Shown here: piece by piece, positions 47,763-57,013 of the stretch
Numbering within the stretch: the first letter of the stretch is position 1
Layout: each line of letters begins with the position of its first letter
NCBI GenBank assembly: GCA_964438075.1
Contig: CAYTIW010000008.1
Coordinates: 5,359-69,358, forward strand
Direction: 5' to 3'
From: an uncultured Planctomycetales bacterium
Lineage (GTDB): Bacteria > Omnitrophota > Gorgyraeia > Zapsychrales > Fredricksoniimonadaceae
Length of the DNA stretch: 64,000 nucleotides
Made by a program: the position numbers and the translations under genes
The notes under the pieces: generated by a model
The model's database searches: none
Told to the model about the DNA's origin: nothing
Seen by the model: only the letters and a program-made list of their open reading frames with translations

Positions 47763-47968
47763 CCCGGTTCCTTCCCGAAGGTATTGGAATGATTATTAGC
47801 GATCTTGAATTGCTGATAGTCAAAATAACCCGAAGAAGCTACATATTTTGAAGATTTATTCTTGATAAGAATAGATATCAATAACCTTTTCAAACAAAGA
47901 CTTGCGAACGGGATTCGCCCTAAACTTATATTGTAGAGCCGTAATAATATCAAACGAAAAGTGGTCAT
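47759..47968 (-). CDS. Small (69 aa) basic/hydrophobic hypothetical protein
   Basis: ATG 47968 lies 4 nt after GGAGGGG and 11 nt after the upstream stop. Its stop overlaps the FkbM start (ATGA). No homology recognised. Confidence 0.45.
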   Translation of the reverse strand: MTTFRLILLRLYNISLGRIPFASLCLKRLLISILIKNKSSKYVASSGYFDYQQFKIANNHSNTFGKEPG

Positions 47969-47979
47969 TTCCCCTCCGC

Positions 47980-48882
47980 TCAAATCGGCATCTTCAAATA
48001 ATTGCCAGCGAACGGAATACAATAACGATCATCCATCCATGCCGGATTCAAAATAAAATTATTCTGCAAACCGACCTTTAAACGGTCCAACACATCCGGA
48101 GCAAAGATCGAAAAACCATATGGATATATAAATTGTGTTCGCCGAGACATGTTTACCGGATTGAAATAACCATGCTCATCTATATAATGACTCATATTGT
48201 TTATGCAACTCGCAGCAGCCTTTTTTATATCATCCCGTTGATCTTTTTGATAAAGCTCTGCCAGGAAACTTAAAGTTATTGAATCATACCCCAAATCGAA
48301 CCCGCCATATTCATTAAAGAATCCAGTATCATTTTGCATAAGCAAAAGCTTGTCAATCTTCTTATCCGCGGCCTTCTGGAATCGTTCGTCTCTTGTTAAT
48401 ATATATAAATTAAAAAGAGCCGTAGCTGAGCATGCCATTTGGTTGGCCACATCTTTATTATCATGCTTAATTAAAAAATGGCCGGTCGACCTTAAATCCT
48501 GAGTAGGTTCACTACCCATCAACATAAGAGTTTCAGTTACGGAATATAAAGTGAAAGCCGTTGAACAAAAATGTCGTTCGTAAGGGTAACTTTCATCCGT
48601 GCTCCCATCCGCATGCCTTCTCCTTGACCAGAAGTTTATTACCGCATAAATCCAATCTTTCAATACTTTTGAGGCAAAGAACCTGTTATCAGACACATCA
48701 AGATGGAATACCAACCCCAATATTAAAGCAGCCTCTTGTAGACGGGAATTGGGGAAATCAACAACTTTATAATGCCAATAATTACGGTCACAACAACCAT
48801 ACGTCATAGAATTAGGATCACGGTCGATAAGCCCTAATATCCTTGGCAATTGTGACAACCCAATTTCATGAAAAATATTCAT
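47980..48882 (-). CDS. Hypothetical protein (helical-repeat, possibly alpha/alpha-toroid)
   Basis: 300 aa with an ATG start and no TM. It is rich in aromatic and helical repeats. No family recognised from the sequence alone. Confidence 0.55.
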   Translation of the reverse strand: MNIFHEIGLSQLPRILGLIDRDPNSMTYGCCDRNYWHYKVVDFPNSRLQEAALILGLVFHLDVSDNRFFASKVLKDWIYAVINFWSRRRHADGSTDESYPYERHFCSTAFTLYSVTETLMLMGSEPTQDLRSTGHFLIKHDNKDVANQMACSATALFNLYILTRDERFQKAADKKIDKLLLMQNDTGFFNEYGGFDLGYDSITLSFLAELYQKDQRDDIKKAAASCINNMSHYIDEHGYFNPVNMSRRTQFIYPYGFSIFAPDVLDRLKVGLQNNFILNPAWMDDRYCIPFAGNYLKMPI

Positions 48883-48897
48883 AAGAAAATATGTTCC

Positions 48898-49803
48898 CTA
48901 CTGGGCTGTTTTTTCACTCCACATTAAACTTCTGGCCCTAGCTTGAGCAACAATAAGATCTGCCAAAAGCCCCTGGAAGCCAATAACTACGCCGCTCAAG
49001 ATTAAAATAATATCTGATAGCTGCAACCTATCGATCACAAAATAAAAATCATATAACGATTTGAAAACTCCCCCGATGATAAGTATCAACGCCGTAGGCA
49101 AAAAAATACGCAAAGGGTCAAAATAAGTGATTAACCGAAAGACCGTCAATATATAATTGTAAGTGTCTTTAATAGGATGGAATTTCGATAAGCCTATCCT
49201 TTTGTGATATTCGGTGGGTATATACTTAACAGGATGGCCGTTACAGAGAAATGCCAAAGTCATGGATGATACACATGAAAAACCATCAGGGATGGTCCAT
49301 AAATAACGTAACATTAGTTCACGTTTAAATGCCTTAAGACCAGTATTCAAATCGGGTATCTTCTGTCCTGCGATAAAACTAGCCAGGTTGCGAATCAGCC
49401 ATTTGGCCGGAGTTCTGAGTAAAAAAAGAGTTCCCTTCTCGCTTGTTCTCGCCCCATTAACTTGGTCATACTCAGGAAAGAATTTGAGCATCTTGGGGAT
49501 ATCTGCAGCTGTATAGGTACCATCCGCATCCAACATAACTATAATTTCCCCCTCTGCAGCTAATATCCCGGTCTTACGCGACGCACCTGCCCCACGCCGT
49601 ACAGCCCTGCGTATAACGCGACAGCCTAAATTCTCCGCGATAGTAACACTATTATCCGTGCTCCGATCATCCACGATCATAATTTCATATGAATAACCAA
49701 CGCCATTCATTGCATCACGAATATCAGTGATAACTTTTGGCAATGCCAATTCTTCGTTGTAACAAGGCAATAATATTGTGACCTTCATACCTTTTTTTTC
49801 CAT
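48898..49803 (-). CDS. GT2 polyprenyl-phosphate glycosyltransferase (GtrB/ArnC/DPM1-like)
   Basis: VTILLPCYNEE, MIVDDRSTDNS and MLDADGTY (DxD) are present. Two C-terminal TM helices follow (IFLPTALILIIGGVF; IILILSGVVIGFQGLLADLIV). ATG 49803 lies 6 nt after GGAG. The track start is TTG. Confidence 0.8.
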   Translation of the reverse strand: MEKKGMKVTILLPCYNEELALPKVITDIRDAMNGVGYSYEIMIVDDRSTDNSVTIAENLGCRVIRRAVRRGAGASRKTGILAAEGEIIVMLDADGTYTAADIPKMLKFFPEYDQVNGARTSEKGTLFLLRTPAKWLIRNLASFIAGQKIPDLNTGLKAFKRELMLRYLWTIPDGFSCVSSMTLAFLCNGHPVKYIPTEYHKRIGLSKFHPIKDTYNYILTVFRLITYFDPLRIFLPTALILIIGGVFKSLYDFYFVIDRLQLSDIILILSGVVIGFQGLLADLIVAQARARSLMWSEKTAQ

Positions 49804-49848
49804 TTGCCGCTCCAATCAGTAATAAAAAGATTAGAAAGATTTAGCTCA

Positions 49849-50679
49849 TTATGTTGCAGGACATAATGAATATGTTGTGGTGAAATTAAAACCAAACGAA
49901 GGAAAATAAAAAGGAAAGAATATTCTTTCTTTTATGACGAAATGCCTTCTTAGGGCCCTGTCAATCTGATGTATCGTATTTATATGATCTATCCGGTTGG
50001 ATTTAATATAATCAATCTTAAGCAGTTCACCGAAATACCTTGCTGACGTCATCTCGCGCCCCTTGGTCCAAAGCAGGCCCCCCTCATTCGGCATACTTGC
50101 AAAAAAAATACCAGATGGCTTTAAAACCCTTTTTATTTCTTCCAAAGCTAAATCAAGAAAAGCAAGGTGTTCCAACTGGGCATGCGAAATTACAACATCA
50201 AAAGAACAATCAACAAAAGGCAACCTATAATTTGTCCCCCTTATAACAGCAGCCAAATTTTGCCGCCTCTTGATCTTAGTCAAAGAACATCTATCCGCAT
50301 CAAGCATTATATAATTTTCCGGGACGATACCTCCATGGATTTCTTGAAAAATACCCGTGCCACAACCGCACTCCAAAGCCATCCCTTTATGTTCCCTGAA
50401 AAGTCTTTTGATGGCGCGATAGCCCGAAGCCTGAACCCAATTAATTAGAGGATTCTTGTTCCGATATAAATAACCTTCCGTCTCCCCCTGCAAAGCATAA
50501 AACTTCTTATAATTTAGCTCATTATAAATATTTAATTCAGGAACGATTTCCTTACTCGGCATCATGTCACAAATATCATCTTCACAGGCATATTTCCTCA
50601 TACAGCTTTTACATGTAAGCGCAGCATTGATACAACCACCGCAATCGGGGCACTTCAAGACTTCAAATTTTTCTTTCAT
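49849..50679 (-). CDS. Class I SAM-dependent methyltransferase with N-terminal zinc-ribbon
   Basis: N-terminal CPDCGG...CKSC, and motif I ALECGCGTGIF. Confidence 0.75.
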   Translation of the reverse strand: MKEKFEVLKCPDCGGCINAALTCKSCMRKYACEDDICDMMPSKEIVPELNIYNELNYKKFYALQGETEGYLYRNKNPLINWVQASGYRAIKRLFREHKGMALECGCGTGIFQEIHGGIVPENYIMLDADRCSLTKIKRRQNLAAVIRGTNYRLPFVDCSFDVVISHAQLEHLAFLDLALEEIKRVLKPSGIFFASMPNEGGLLWTKGREMTSARYFGELLKIDYIKSNRIDHINTIHQIDRALRRHFVIKERIFFPFYFPSFGFNFTTTYSLCPAT

Positions 50680-50713
50680 ATTTTTTATAAAAATTAATTG
50701 GTTTTAATTAAAA

Positions 50714-52363
50714 CTACCTTAACCTACCCAAAGTATTTCGTCTATAAATCTTAATCGCATGGTCCCAAGACCATATGGCCGGGTTCTCCCACTTGCCAAA
50801 AATGATTATTGGCGTGAAATTATGGTCAATGTATGAACCCAGCATCTTACAGTTAGTTACCCCAAATCTTCCCAAACCGGCTTCCGGACTATGAACCCTA
50901 TTAGACATTACTATATAATTAACTTGTTCTTTTTCCAAGTCTCTAATAATACGTTTTTCTTGCTCTATGGGTATATTAACAAAATCAAAAAACATCGTTT
51001 CAACGACCGGGGAACGTCTTTCTAATAACCAATAATAAATAGGCTCATAAGGCACGGCCAAAAACTTCTCACCCGGCATAATATTTGCTTTTAAGTAATT
51101 GGTTGTTTCTTCAACAGCCAAAGTCCAATTGGGTGGATTTAATGAATATATATTCATTTTATCAAACGGCAAGAAGTACTTATTGGAAGCGATCAACCTA
51201 TTTTTAAAAACATACCCCCCCAATAAAGTCATGACCATAACCACGCTCATAATAAAAAACCATATATATCTAAAAACAATATATTTCCTTAAAAATTCCC
51301 ATGCCAGAAGAAAGAAAACGCAAATAAATACAGGTGCCGGCAACCACAACTCATAAAGAACCCCAAGGACAATAAATTCGTGTGATAAAAAAATAATAAA
51401 AAGTAAGAAAATTAAAAAATATTTATTATTTATATTTTTTTTAAAAAACCTAAGGCAAAAATCTATAAAGAAACAAAGAAACGACAGAATAAATAATCTT
51501 TCGGCCCAAATATTAGAAAATATGGAATTCGGCATTAACCTAGATTCTAACCCCATAAAGTGGGCATAGGCCATTCCGCACAGATGTTTAATAAATAAAC
51601 TGAGGTCCGGGCTTACTTGTATATAACTAGCGGACAAGGGGAAACATTGTTTAAGATAATAATCTGGCAATCCCATTAACAGTAGCGAGTATACAAAGAC
51701 CGCAAGAACTATAGACAAAAATAAGAGAATCAACAATGTATTTGTAATAAATGGGCCTTCAGGTTTCTTTTCTTTCCTAAATAATGCTATTGAAAAGAAT
51801 GAGGAAACCAGAACTGATAAACCAATATTAATCTTTATTAGAAATAATAGAAATATAGTCGCCGCAACACCTAGAAAAATACGCTTGCGGGGAAAGTCAT
51901 GATAGATAAATATAAGATAAACATTCAACAATATCAAAGGAACGGCGCCACAATGATTAAAAGAAAAAGTAATTTTATCATAAAACAGCCAAAACCAACC
52001 AGCTCCCAACAAAGCCATGGCTCCCGTTGTGAGTTTCTTTAAAATTAAATATATCATTGTCCCCGATATTATATTTAGAAGCATGAAACCTATAATAATG
52101 CTAGGGAACTCAACCCCAAAAAACATATAAAATAACGCATAATAAAAAGGCATAAAAGGCCCATAATTATAAAAATAATCTCTGTAAGGCAATTCGCCTA
52201 ACAATGTCCTATGATAAACATAAAGATCTCTTGAAAGGTCCCCTTGCACCACCAGTGGCCAATAATCAAGCTGCGGATAATGAATTAATAATGCAACGAC
52301 GCCCAACATAAATAACTCGAGCCACTGTTGATTGTATATGGTTTTGAAGAAACTATTTTTCAT
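50714..52363 (-). CDS. Polytopic GT-C-like membrane protein with C-terminal soluble domain (paralog A)
   Basis: 549 aa. The first-loop acidic motif is HYPQLDYWPLVVQGDLSRDLYVYHR. The C-terminal roughly 150 aa are non-hydrophobic. It aligns end to end with 52488-54146. Confidence 0.6.
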   Translation of the reverse strand: MKNSFFKTIYNQQWLELFMLGVVALLIHYPQLDYWPLVVQGDLSRDLYVYHRTLLGELPYRDYFYNYGPFMPFYYALFYMFFGVEFPSIIIGFMLLNIISGTMIYLILKKLTTGAMALLGAGWFWLFYDKITFSFNHCGAVPLILLNVYLIFIYHDFPRKRIFLGVAATIFLLFLIKINIGLSVLVSSFFSIALFRKEKKPEGPFITNTLLILLFLSIVLAVFVYSLLLMGLPDYYLKQCFPLSASYIQVSPDLSLFIKHLCGMAYAHFMGLESRLMPNSIFSNIWAERLFILSFLCFFIDFCLRFFKKNINNKYFLIFLLFIIFLSHEFIVLGVLYELWLPAPVFICVFFLLAWEFLRKYIVFRYIWFFIMSVVMVMTLLGGYVFKNRLIASNKYFLPFDKMNIYSLNPPNWTLAVEETTNYLKANIMPGEKFLAVPYEPIYYWLLERRSPVVETMFFDFVNIPIEQEKRIIRDLEKEQVNYIVMSNRVHSPEAGLGRFGVTNCKMLGSYIDHNFTPIIIFGKWENPAIWSWDHAIKIYRRNTLGRLR

Positions 52364-52487
52364 AGCGATCTAATAAAGAAATTGGGTTGGGCATATTGGG
52401 AACAGATGCGGTATTATTGATCAATCAATCGATCCTTCAATTTCAGGTAGTCCATTGATAACATCTTAAGCCCCCCTCTCTCCAATC

Positions 52488-54146
52488 TTAAATCGAACTA
52501 CCTGATAAACTTTTATTACTGTCTATCACCTTGCGTTCATAAATACTAATAGCGTGATCCCAAAACCATTCTCCCGAATTATTCCATCTCCCGAAAGTGA
52601 TAACTTTTTTAAAATTATCGTTTATATATTTATAAATATTTGGGCAATTCGTTATGCCAAATTTACCAAGCCCGGCTTCGGGGCTATGAACACGATTGGA
52701 TAAAATAATATATTTTACTCGCTCTCTTTCCAAATCAGCTATTATCCTGATTTCTTGTTGAGGTGGAATATTTATAATATCAAAGAACATTGTTTCAACG
52801 ACGGGAGATTTGCGATCTAATAACCAATAATAAATAGGTTCATATGGCAAAGCGAGAAATTTCTCCCCTGGCCCAAGATGAGTTCTTAGATAGTTAACCG
52901 TTTCTTCAACAGTTAAAATCCAATTTGGCGGGTTCCAAGAGTATATCTTTACTTTATCCCAAGGGATAAAATGATTTTCCATATTAACCAATTGCTTTTT
53001 TAAATAATATACACCGGTGAACTGCATTACAAGCGTGACTCCCACAATTGATAACCAAATCATTTTGGCCCATGGATACTTATTTAAACAGATCTCTGCC
53101 ATAATAAATAAGAGGCAAATAAACAGAGGATAGGGCAACCAAAGCTCGTATGGAACCCCGATAATAATAAATTCGTGAGATAAAAATAACAAAGTGATCA
53201 ATAAGATCATCCATGATCCCAAAACCTTCTTCGAAAATATGAATAAAAAAATAAAAGATATGACGGATACTATGACAACCCAATAGGAAATAAAAATCGG
53301 AAAAACAGAAGTGGGGAAATAATTAGGTTTAAATCCAAAGAAATGCACATAAAAAATAGTCCATAAAAGTTTCTTGGGGACAAATAGAATGTGCTGGTTG
53401 AACTGATGGTATCCTGATGTTATCGGTAAACATTGTTTAATGTAGTAATCCGGCAAACCCTGAAAAAGCAAAAGGTAAATAAAGATGGCGGATGCGAGTG
53501 GCGCCAAGAAAAGCCATAATAAAGGCCATTTTATAGGAAATAATCTTAAACGCCCTTTAATAATCATAGCAAGGATGATCAAGAAAGAAGAAGCAAATAT
53601 ACATAGACCAATATTAATTTTAATAAGCAGAAGAATAAATACCGTCGCCACCACTCCCCAAAATACCCATATACGAGGTGACTCATAAAATTTGATCAAC
53701 AAATAGACGTTTATAAGAATCAACGGCACTGCACCGATATGATTAAAATTGAAGATTATTTTCTCGTAGAATAACCAGAACCAGCTCGCGCCCAAAATAG
53801 CCGTCACCGGTGTTGTCCAGCGAATCAGAATCAAATAGATGAGCATGCCTGCAAGCACATCAAGCAATATAACACCATAAAGAACGCTAGTTATATTGAC
53901 GCCAAATAGTATATTAAAGACTGCGTAATAATAAGGCATCAAAGGCCCGTACTGATAAAAATATCCTCGGTATGGCAAATCGCCATGTTGTGTCCTGCAA
54001 AATGCATAAAGATCACGGCCAAGATCGCCTTGGACTATAGCAGGCCAGAAATCAAGTTGCGGTAAATGAATAATTATGGCGAGAAATATCAATAATGAAA
54101 AAATCCAGACATGATCAGAACCTGGAAACTTAGGGGAAGTATTCAA
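52488..54146 (-). CDS. Polytopic GT-C-like membrane protein with C-terminal soluble domain (paralog B)
   Basis: 552 aa with a TTG start; there is no upstream ATG and the N-terminal length matches paralog A. It carries HLPQLDFWPAIVQGDLGRDLYAFCR. The C-terminus KFLALPYEPIYYWLLDRKSPVVETMFFD...SNRVHSPEAGLGKFG is near-identical to paralog A. Confidence 0.6.
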   Translation of the reverse strand: MNTSPKFPGSDHVWIFSLLIFLAIIIHLPQLDFWPAIVQGDLGRDLYAFCRTQHGDLPYRGYFYQYGPLMPYYYAVFNILFGVNITSVLYGVILLDVLAGMLIYLILIRWTTPVTAILGASWFWLFYEKIIFNFNHIGAVPLILINVYLLIKFYESPRIWVFWGVVATVFILLLIKINIGLCIFASSFLIILAMIIKGRLRLFPIKWPLLWLFLAPLASAIFIYLLLFQGLPDYYIKQCLPITSGYHQFNQHILFVPKKLLWTIFYVHFFGFKPNYFPTSVFPIFISYWVVIVSVISFIFLFIFSKKVLGSWMILLITLLFLSHEFIIIGVPYELWLPYPLFICLLFIMAEICLNKYPWAKMIWLSIVGVTLVMQFTGVYYLKKQLVNMENHFIPWDKVKIYSWNPPNWILTVEETVNYLRTHLGPGEKFLALPYEPIYYWLLDRKSPVVETMFFDIINIPPQQEIRIIADLERERVKYIILSNRVHSPEAGLGKFGITNCPNIYKYINDNFKKVITFGRWNNSGEWFWDHAISIYERKVIDSNKSLSGSSI

Positions 54147-54210
54147 TCTAATGATGCCTTTTATTTAAAAAACCATCCAATTGAATCAATATATGGAATC
54201 AGAATACCTA

Positions 54211-56106
54211 TTAATTTAATCCACTCTTATGTGTTCGCAACCAATAAAACAGGACAACGAGGCTCATAATCTGCTTGTCCAGCAATAAAGGAGAATGAGT
54301 GCGCTCAATGCGTAACCTATTAATAGCATCAGGATTCAACCATTTAAATTTTTTTAACTCGTCTGAATCTAATATTTCATCTTGAAACTTTCTTAATTTG
54401 TTCTCGAAGCCTTTATGCATTGGCAAATAAAAAGGCTTCTTCTTCTTGGGCAGAAACGGGCGTTTTGATTGATAAATCCCCCTAACAATACTTTTTTTGT
54501 TACACAACAATTGATAATGCCTCAATGGCAGTTTTAAAAAGAATTCAACCAATCTATAATCCGCATATGGACAACGGCCTTCAATCGAATTAGCCATAGT
54601 CAATCTGTCAAACTTCATAAGTGTTTGCTCGGGGAACCATGTTTTTAAATCCCATTGAACTGCTAAATCTGCCATATGAATATCTGTACGGTCAAAATGG
54701 GATACCATCGCTTCCCACAACTCATTTGGCTCTCCGGCTAAAGAATTATTGAATTCTTCGGTATATAAACTTTTCTTATCATCCTCTGAAAACAAAGTCG
54801 CGAAACCTAAATAAGAATAAATCCCATCGGGATATTTCTCAATTAGATTCACCATCCGTTTTCGTCCAATTTCCCCCATACTAGCTGGATAATGAAACGC
54901 TTTATCGAGAACAGATAAAGGCATACGCTGTGCAATCAATGCAAAACATCTACTTAGTAAAGAAGGAAGGACCGGCATATTACGGAAAAATGCATGATGT
55001 ATATAACCGCCCATGATTTCATCTGCCCCATCGCCAGTTAAAACTACTTTAACCCTTTCGGAGGCTTTCTTTGCCAGAAGATAAGTAGGCAAAATTATAG
55101 GATCGCCATAAGGTTCATCCAAAGAAGAAACCGCATTGGGCAACTGATCGAAATCATCTTCCTCCATCTGCAGAACATGGTGCTGACCACCTAACTCTTG
55201 TGCAATCATACTGGCCGCATTGACCTCATCCGCTTCAGAGCCAAATCCTATTGTAAAGAACGTCGGCCTAGAAACCTTGGCCATTTCAGAAGCTATTGAT
55301 ACGCTGTCTATCCCCGAACTGAGAAATGCTCCTAGCGGCACATCGGCGATTAACCTTAATTTAACTGCAGAAGAAAAAAGCTGCTGAAATTCATCACGAT
55401 AAGCCTGTAAAGATTTCCTAGCCACCGCTTCTCTGCGGGAAGGTATACTCCACCACTGTTTCTTTTGCACAATCCTCGCCTTGTCATCAAGTAAAATCCA
55501 ATGACCTGCCAATAGCTTCTTTATCTCCTTGTGAAAGGTGCGTTCTCCCGGCACATATCGAAAGGTCAAATATTGATCAACGGCGCGAAAATCATAAGTG
55601 CCTTCAAAAAATGGCAAATTCCATATGCTCTTTGCCTCCGAAGCGAATAAAAACATCCCCTTGGAAAACCATAAGTAAATAGGCTTTTTACCCAATCTAT
55701 CCCGAGCTATCCACAACTTCCTGCTAGCCTTATCCCACAAAGCAAAAGCAAACATACCATTAAATCGATCCAAGCAGTCTAACCCCCACTCCAGGTAAGA
55801 ATTTAGAATCACTTCAGTATCTGATACTGTTCGGAATAAATGGCCCTTCTTTAATAATTCTTTACGGATTTCGCCAAAGTTATATATTTCACCATTAAAA
55901 ACAATGACACATTGACCATTTGAAGAAAACATGGGTTGTTTACCCGAACTCAAATCGATGATACTTAAACGGGTATGGCCTAAAGCAAGGTTCTCTTCGA
56001 TATAAAACCCCTCATCATCAGGACCTCGATGCTTAAGGGCGCATCCCATCTCTTGGAGGGTGGAAAGTGAATCGGGGATAGCTATTCCGCCAAATATTCC
56101 GCACAT
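54211..56106 (-). CDS. Asparagine synthase (glutamine-hydrolysing) family amidotransferase
   Basis: The MCGIFGG N-terminal nucleophile Cys follows ATG 56106. The track start at 56127 is TTG. The PP-loop is FLSSGIDS. Confidence 0.85.
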   Translation of the reverse strand: MCGIFGGIAIPDSLSTLQEMGCALKHRGPDDEGFYIEENLALGHTRLSIIDLSSGKQPMFSSNGQCVIVFNGEIYNFGEIRKELLKKGHLFRTVSDTEVILNSYLEWGLDCLDRFNGMFAFALWDKASRKLWIARDRLGKKPIYLWFSKGMFLFASEAKSIWNLPFFEGTYDFRAVDQYLTFRYVPGERTFHKEIKKLLAGHWILLDDKARIVQKKQWWSIPSRREAVARKSLQAYRDEFQQLFSSAVKLRLIADVPLGAFLSSGIDSVSIASEMAKVSRPTFFTIGFGSEADEVNAASMIAQELGGQHHVLQMEEDDFDQLPNAVSSLDEPYGDPIILPTYLLAKKASERVKVVLTGDGADEIMGGYIHHAFFRNMPVLPSLLSRCFALIAQRMPLSVLDKAFHYPASMGEIGRKRMVNLIEKYPDGIYSYLGFATLFSEDDKKSLYTEEFNNSLAGEPNELWEAMVSHFDRTDIHMADLAVQWDLKTWFPEQTLMKFDRLTMANSIEGRCPYADYRLVEFFLKLPLRHYQLLCNKKSIVRGIYQSKRPFLPKKKKPFYLPMHKGFENKLRKFQDEILDSDELKKFKWLNPDAINRLRIERTHSPLLLDKQIMSLVVLFYWLRTHKSGLN

Positions 56107-56141
56107 AAAGACCCATGAATGGTTCAAAAACAGGGGAAAAA

Positions 56142-56957
56142 TTACTTCTCGACTTCGAAGAAAATCATTGTTCCAAATACTCTATCTAAAAATTTAAAAA
56201 GCCATAAAGGAAGCTTATCAGAAAGGCGGAAGAAACGCTTGGGGAAATAATACACTCTGGAACGAACTATTTTAAACCCTGCCGTGGTGAGCATCTTTTC
56301 ACATGCTGCCCGAGAATATATCTTTCCAAGCGGATTATCTACTCCATCGTACATGTTGCCGAATTCTTCTTTCGTTAAAGCAAAAGAAATTTTCTTGACC
56401 CCATGCAATTTGACACCTAAAATTCTCATAATTAATTTTGTTAACATAAAAAACTTTCCACGCAACATTATATTCTCATAATAAAAAGAAAGCGCAGCGC
56501 GTCCACCTGTCTTAACAACACGACATATTTCAGCCACCCCTTTTTCCGTACCGGGAGTATGATGTAAAACCCCATCGCAAGAAACAAAGTCAAATGATTC
56601 TCTTTTATAGGGTATATGCTCCGCATCTGCAGTTACAAAATGACTATTAAATCCATCTTTGGTCAAGTTCTTTCTGGCCAAAGTAACAGCAGTAAACGTC
56701 AAATCCAACGAAAAAATATTAGCGCCGCTCTTTGCATATTGATACGTAATCCAACCCGGCCCGCATCCGACATCCAAGACTCGTCTTCCTTTCGCCCCCT
56801 GAAAATTGTAATAATCCATAACAAAATAAGAAGAGTCGTTCCTGATCAAATTTAATCTATTAAAATATTCAGCAGAGCCGAGCTCCTCTTTTATTTCATA
56901 GCTGCCTAAAGGGTGATTCGACCAGAAATTCTTAACATCTTTTTTTTCAACCCCCAT
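56142..56957 (-). CDS. Class I SAM-dependent methyltransferase
   Basis: Motif I is VLDVGCGPGW. The acidic post-I residue is in FSLDLT, followed by DFVSCDGVLHH. Confidence 0.8.
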   Translation of the reverse strand: MGVEKKDVKNFWSNHPLGSYEIKEELGSAEYFNRLNLIRNDSSYFVMDYYNFQGAKGRRVLDVGCGPGWITYQYAKSGANIFSLDLTFTAVTLARKNLTKDGFNSHFVTADAEHIPYKRESFDFVSCDGVLHHTPGTEKGVAEICRVVKTGGRAALSFYYENIMLRGKFFMLTKLIMRILGVKLHGVKKISFALTKEEFGNMYDGVDNPLGKIYSRAACEKMLTTAGFKIVRSRVYYFPKRFFRLSDKLPLWLFKFLDRVFGTMIFFEVEK

Positions 56958-57013
56958 GACCAGACCTTTCCGGTTTATTAGAGAATATTTTTCATAAAAT
57001 ATTAAATTAATTA

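Noticed and set aside
47759-48882. Apparent 43-nt overlap of ORFs 47980-48882 and 47759-48022, considered as a frameshifted pseudogene
   Set aside because: The 48022 start is a TTG artefact of the ORF track. A proper ATG (47968) sits 4 nt after GGAGGGG and 11 nt after the upstream stop. This gives an ordinary two-gene arrangement.
54211-56106. AsnB homologue considered as a lasso-peptide cyclase (RiPP cluster with the neighbouring radical SAM enzyme)
   Set aside because: The intact N-terminal Cys nucleophile (MCGIFGG) indicates a true glutamine amidotransferase. No transglutaminase-like B protein or precursor peptide ORF is visible nearby. The context is glycan biosynthesis.
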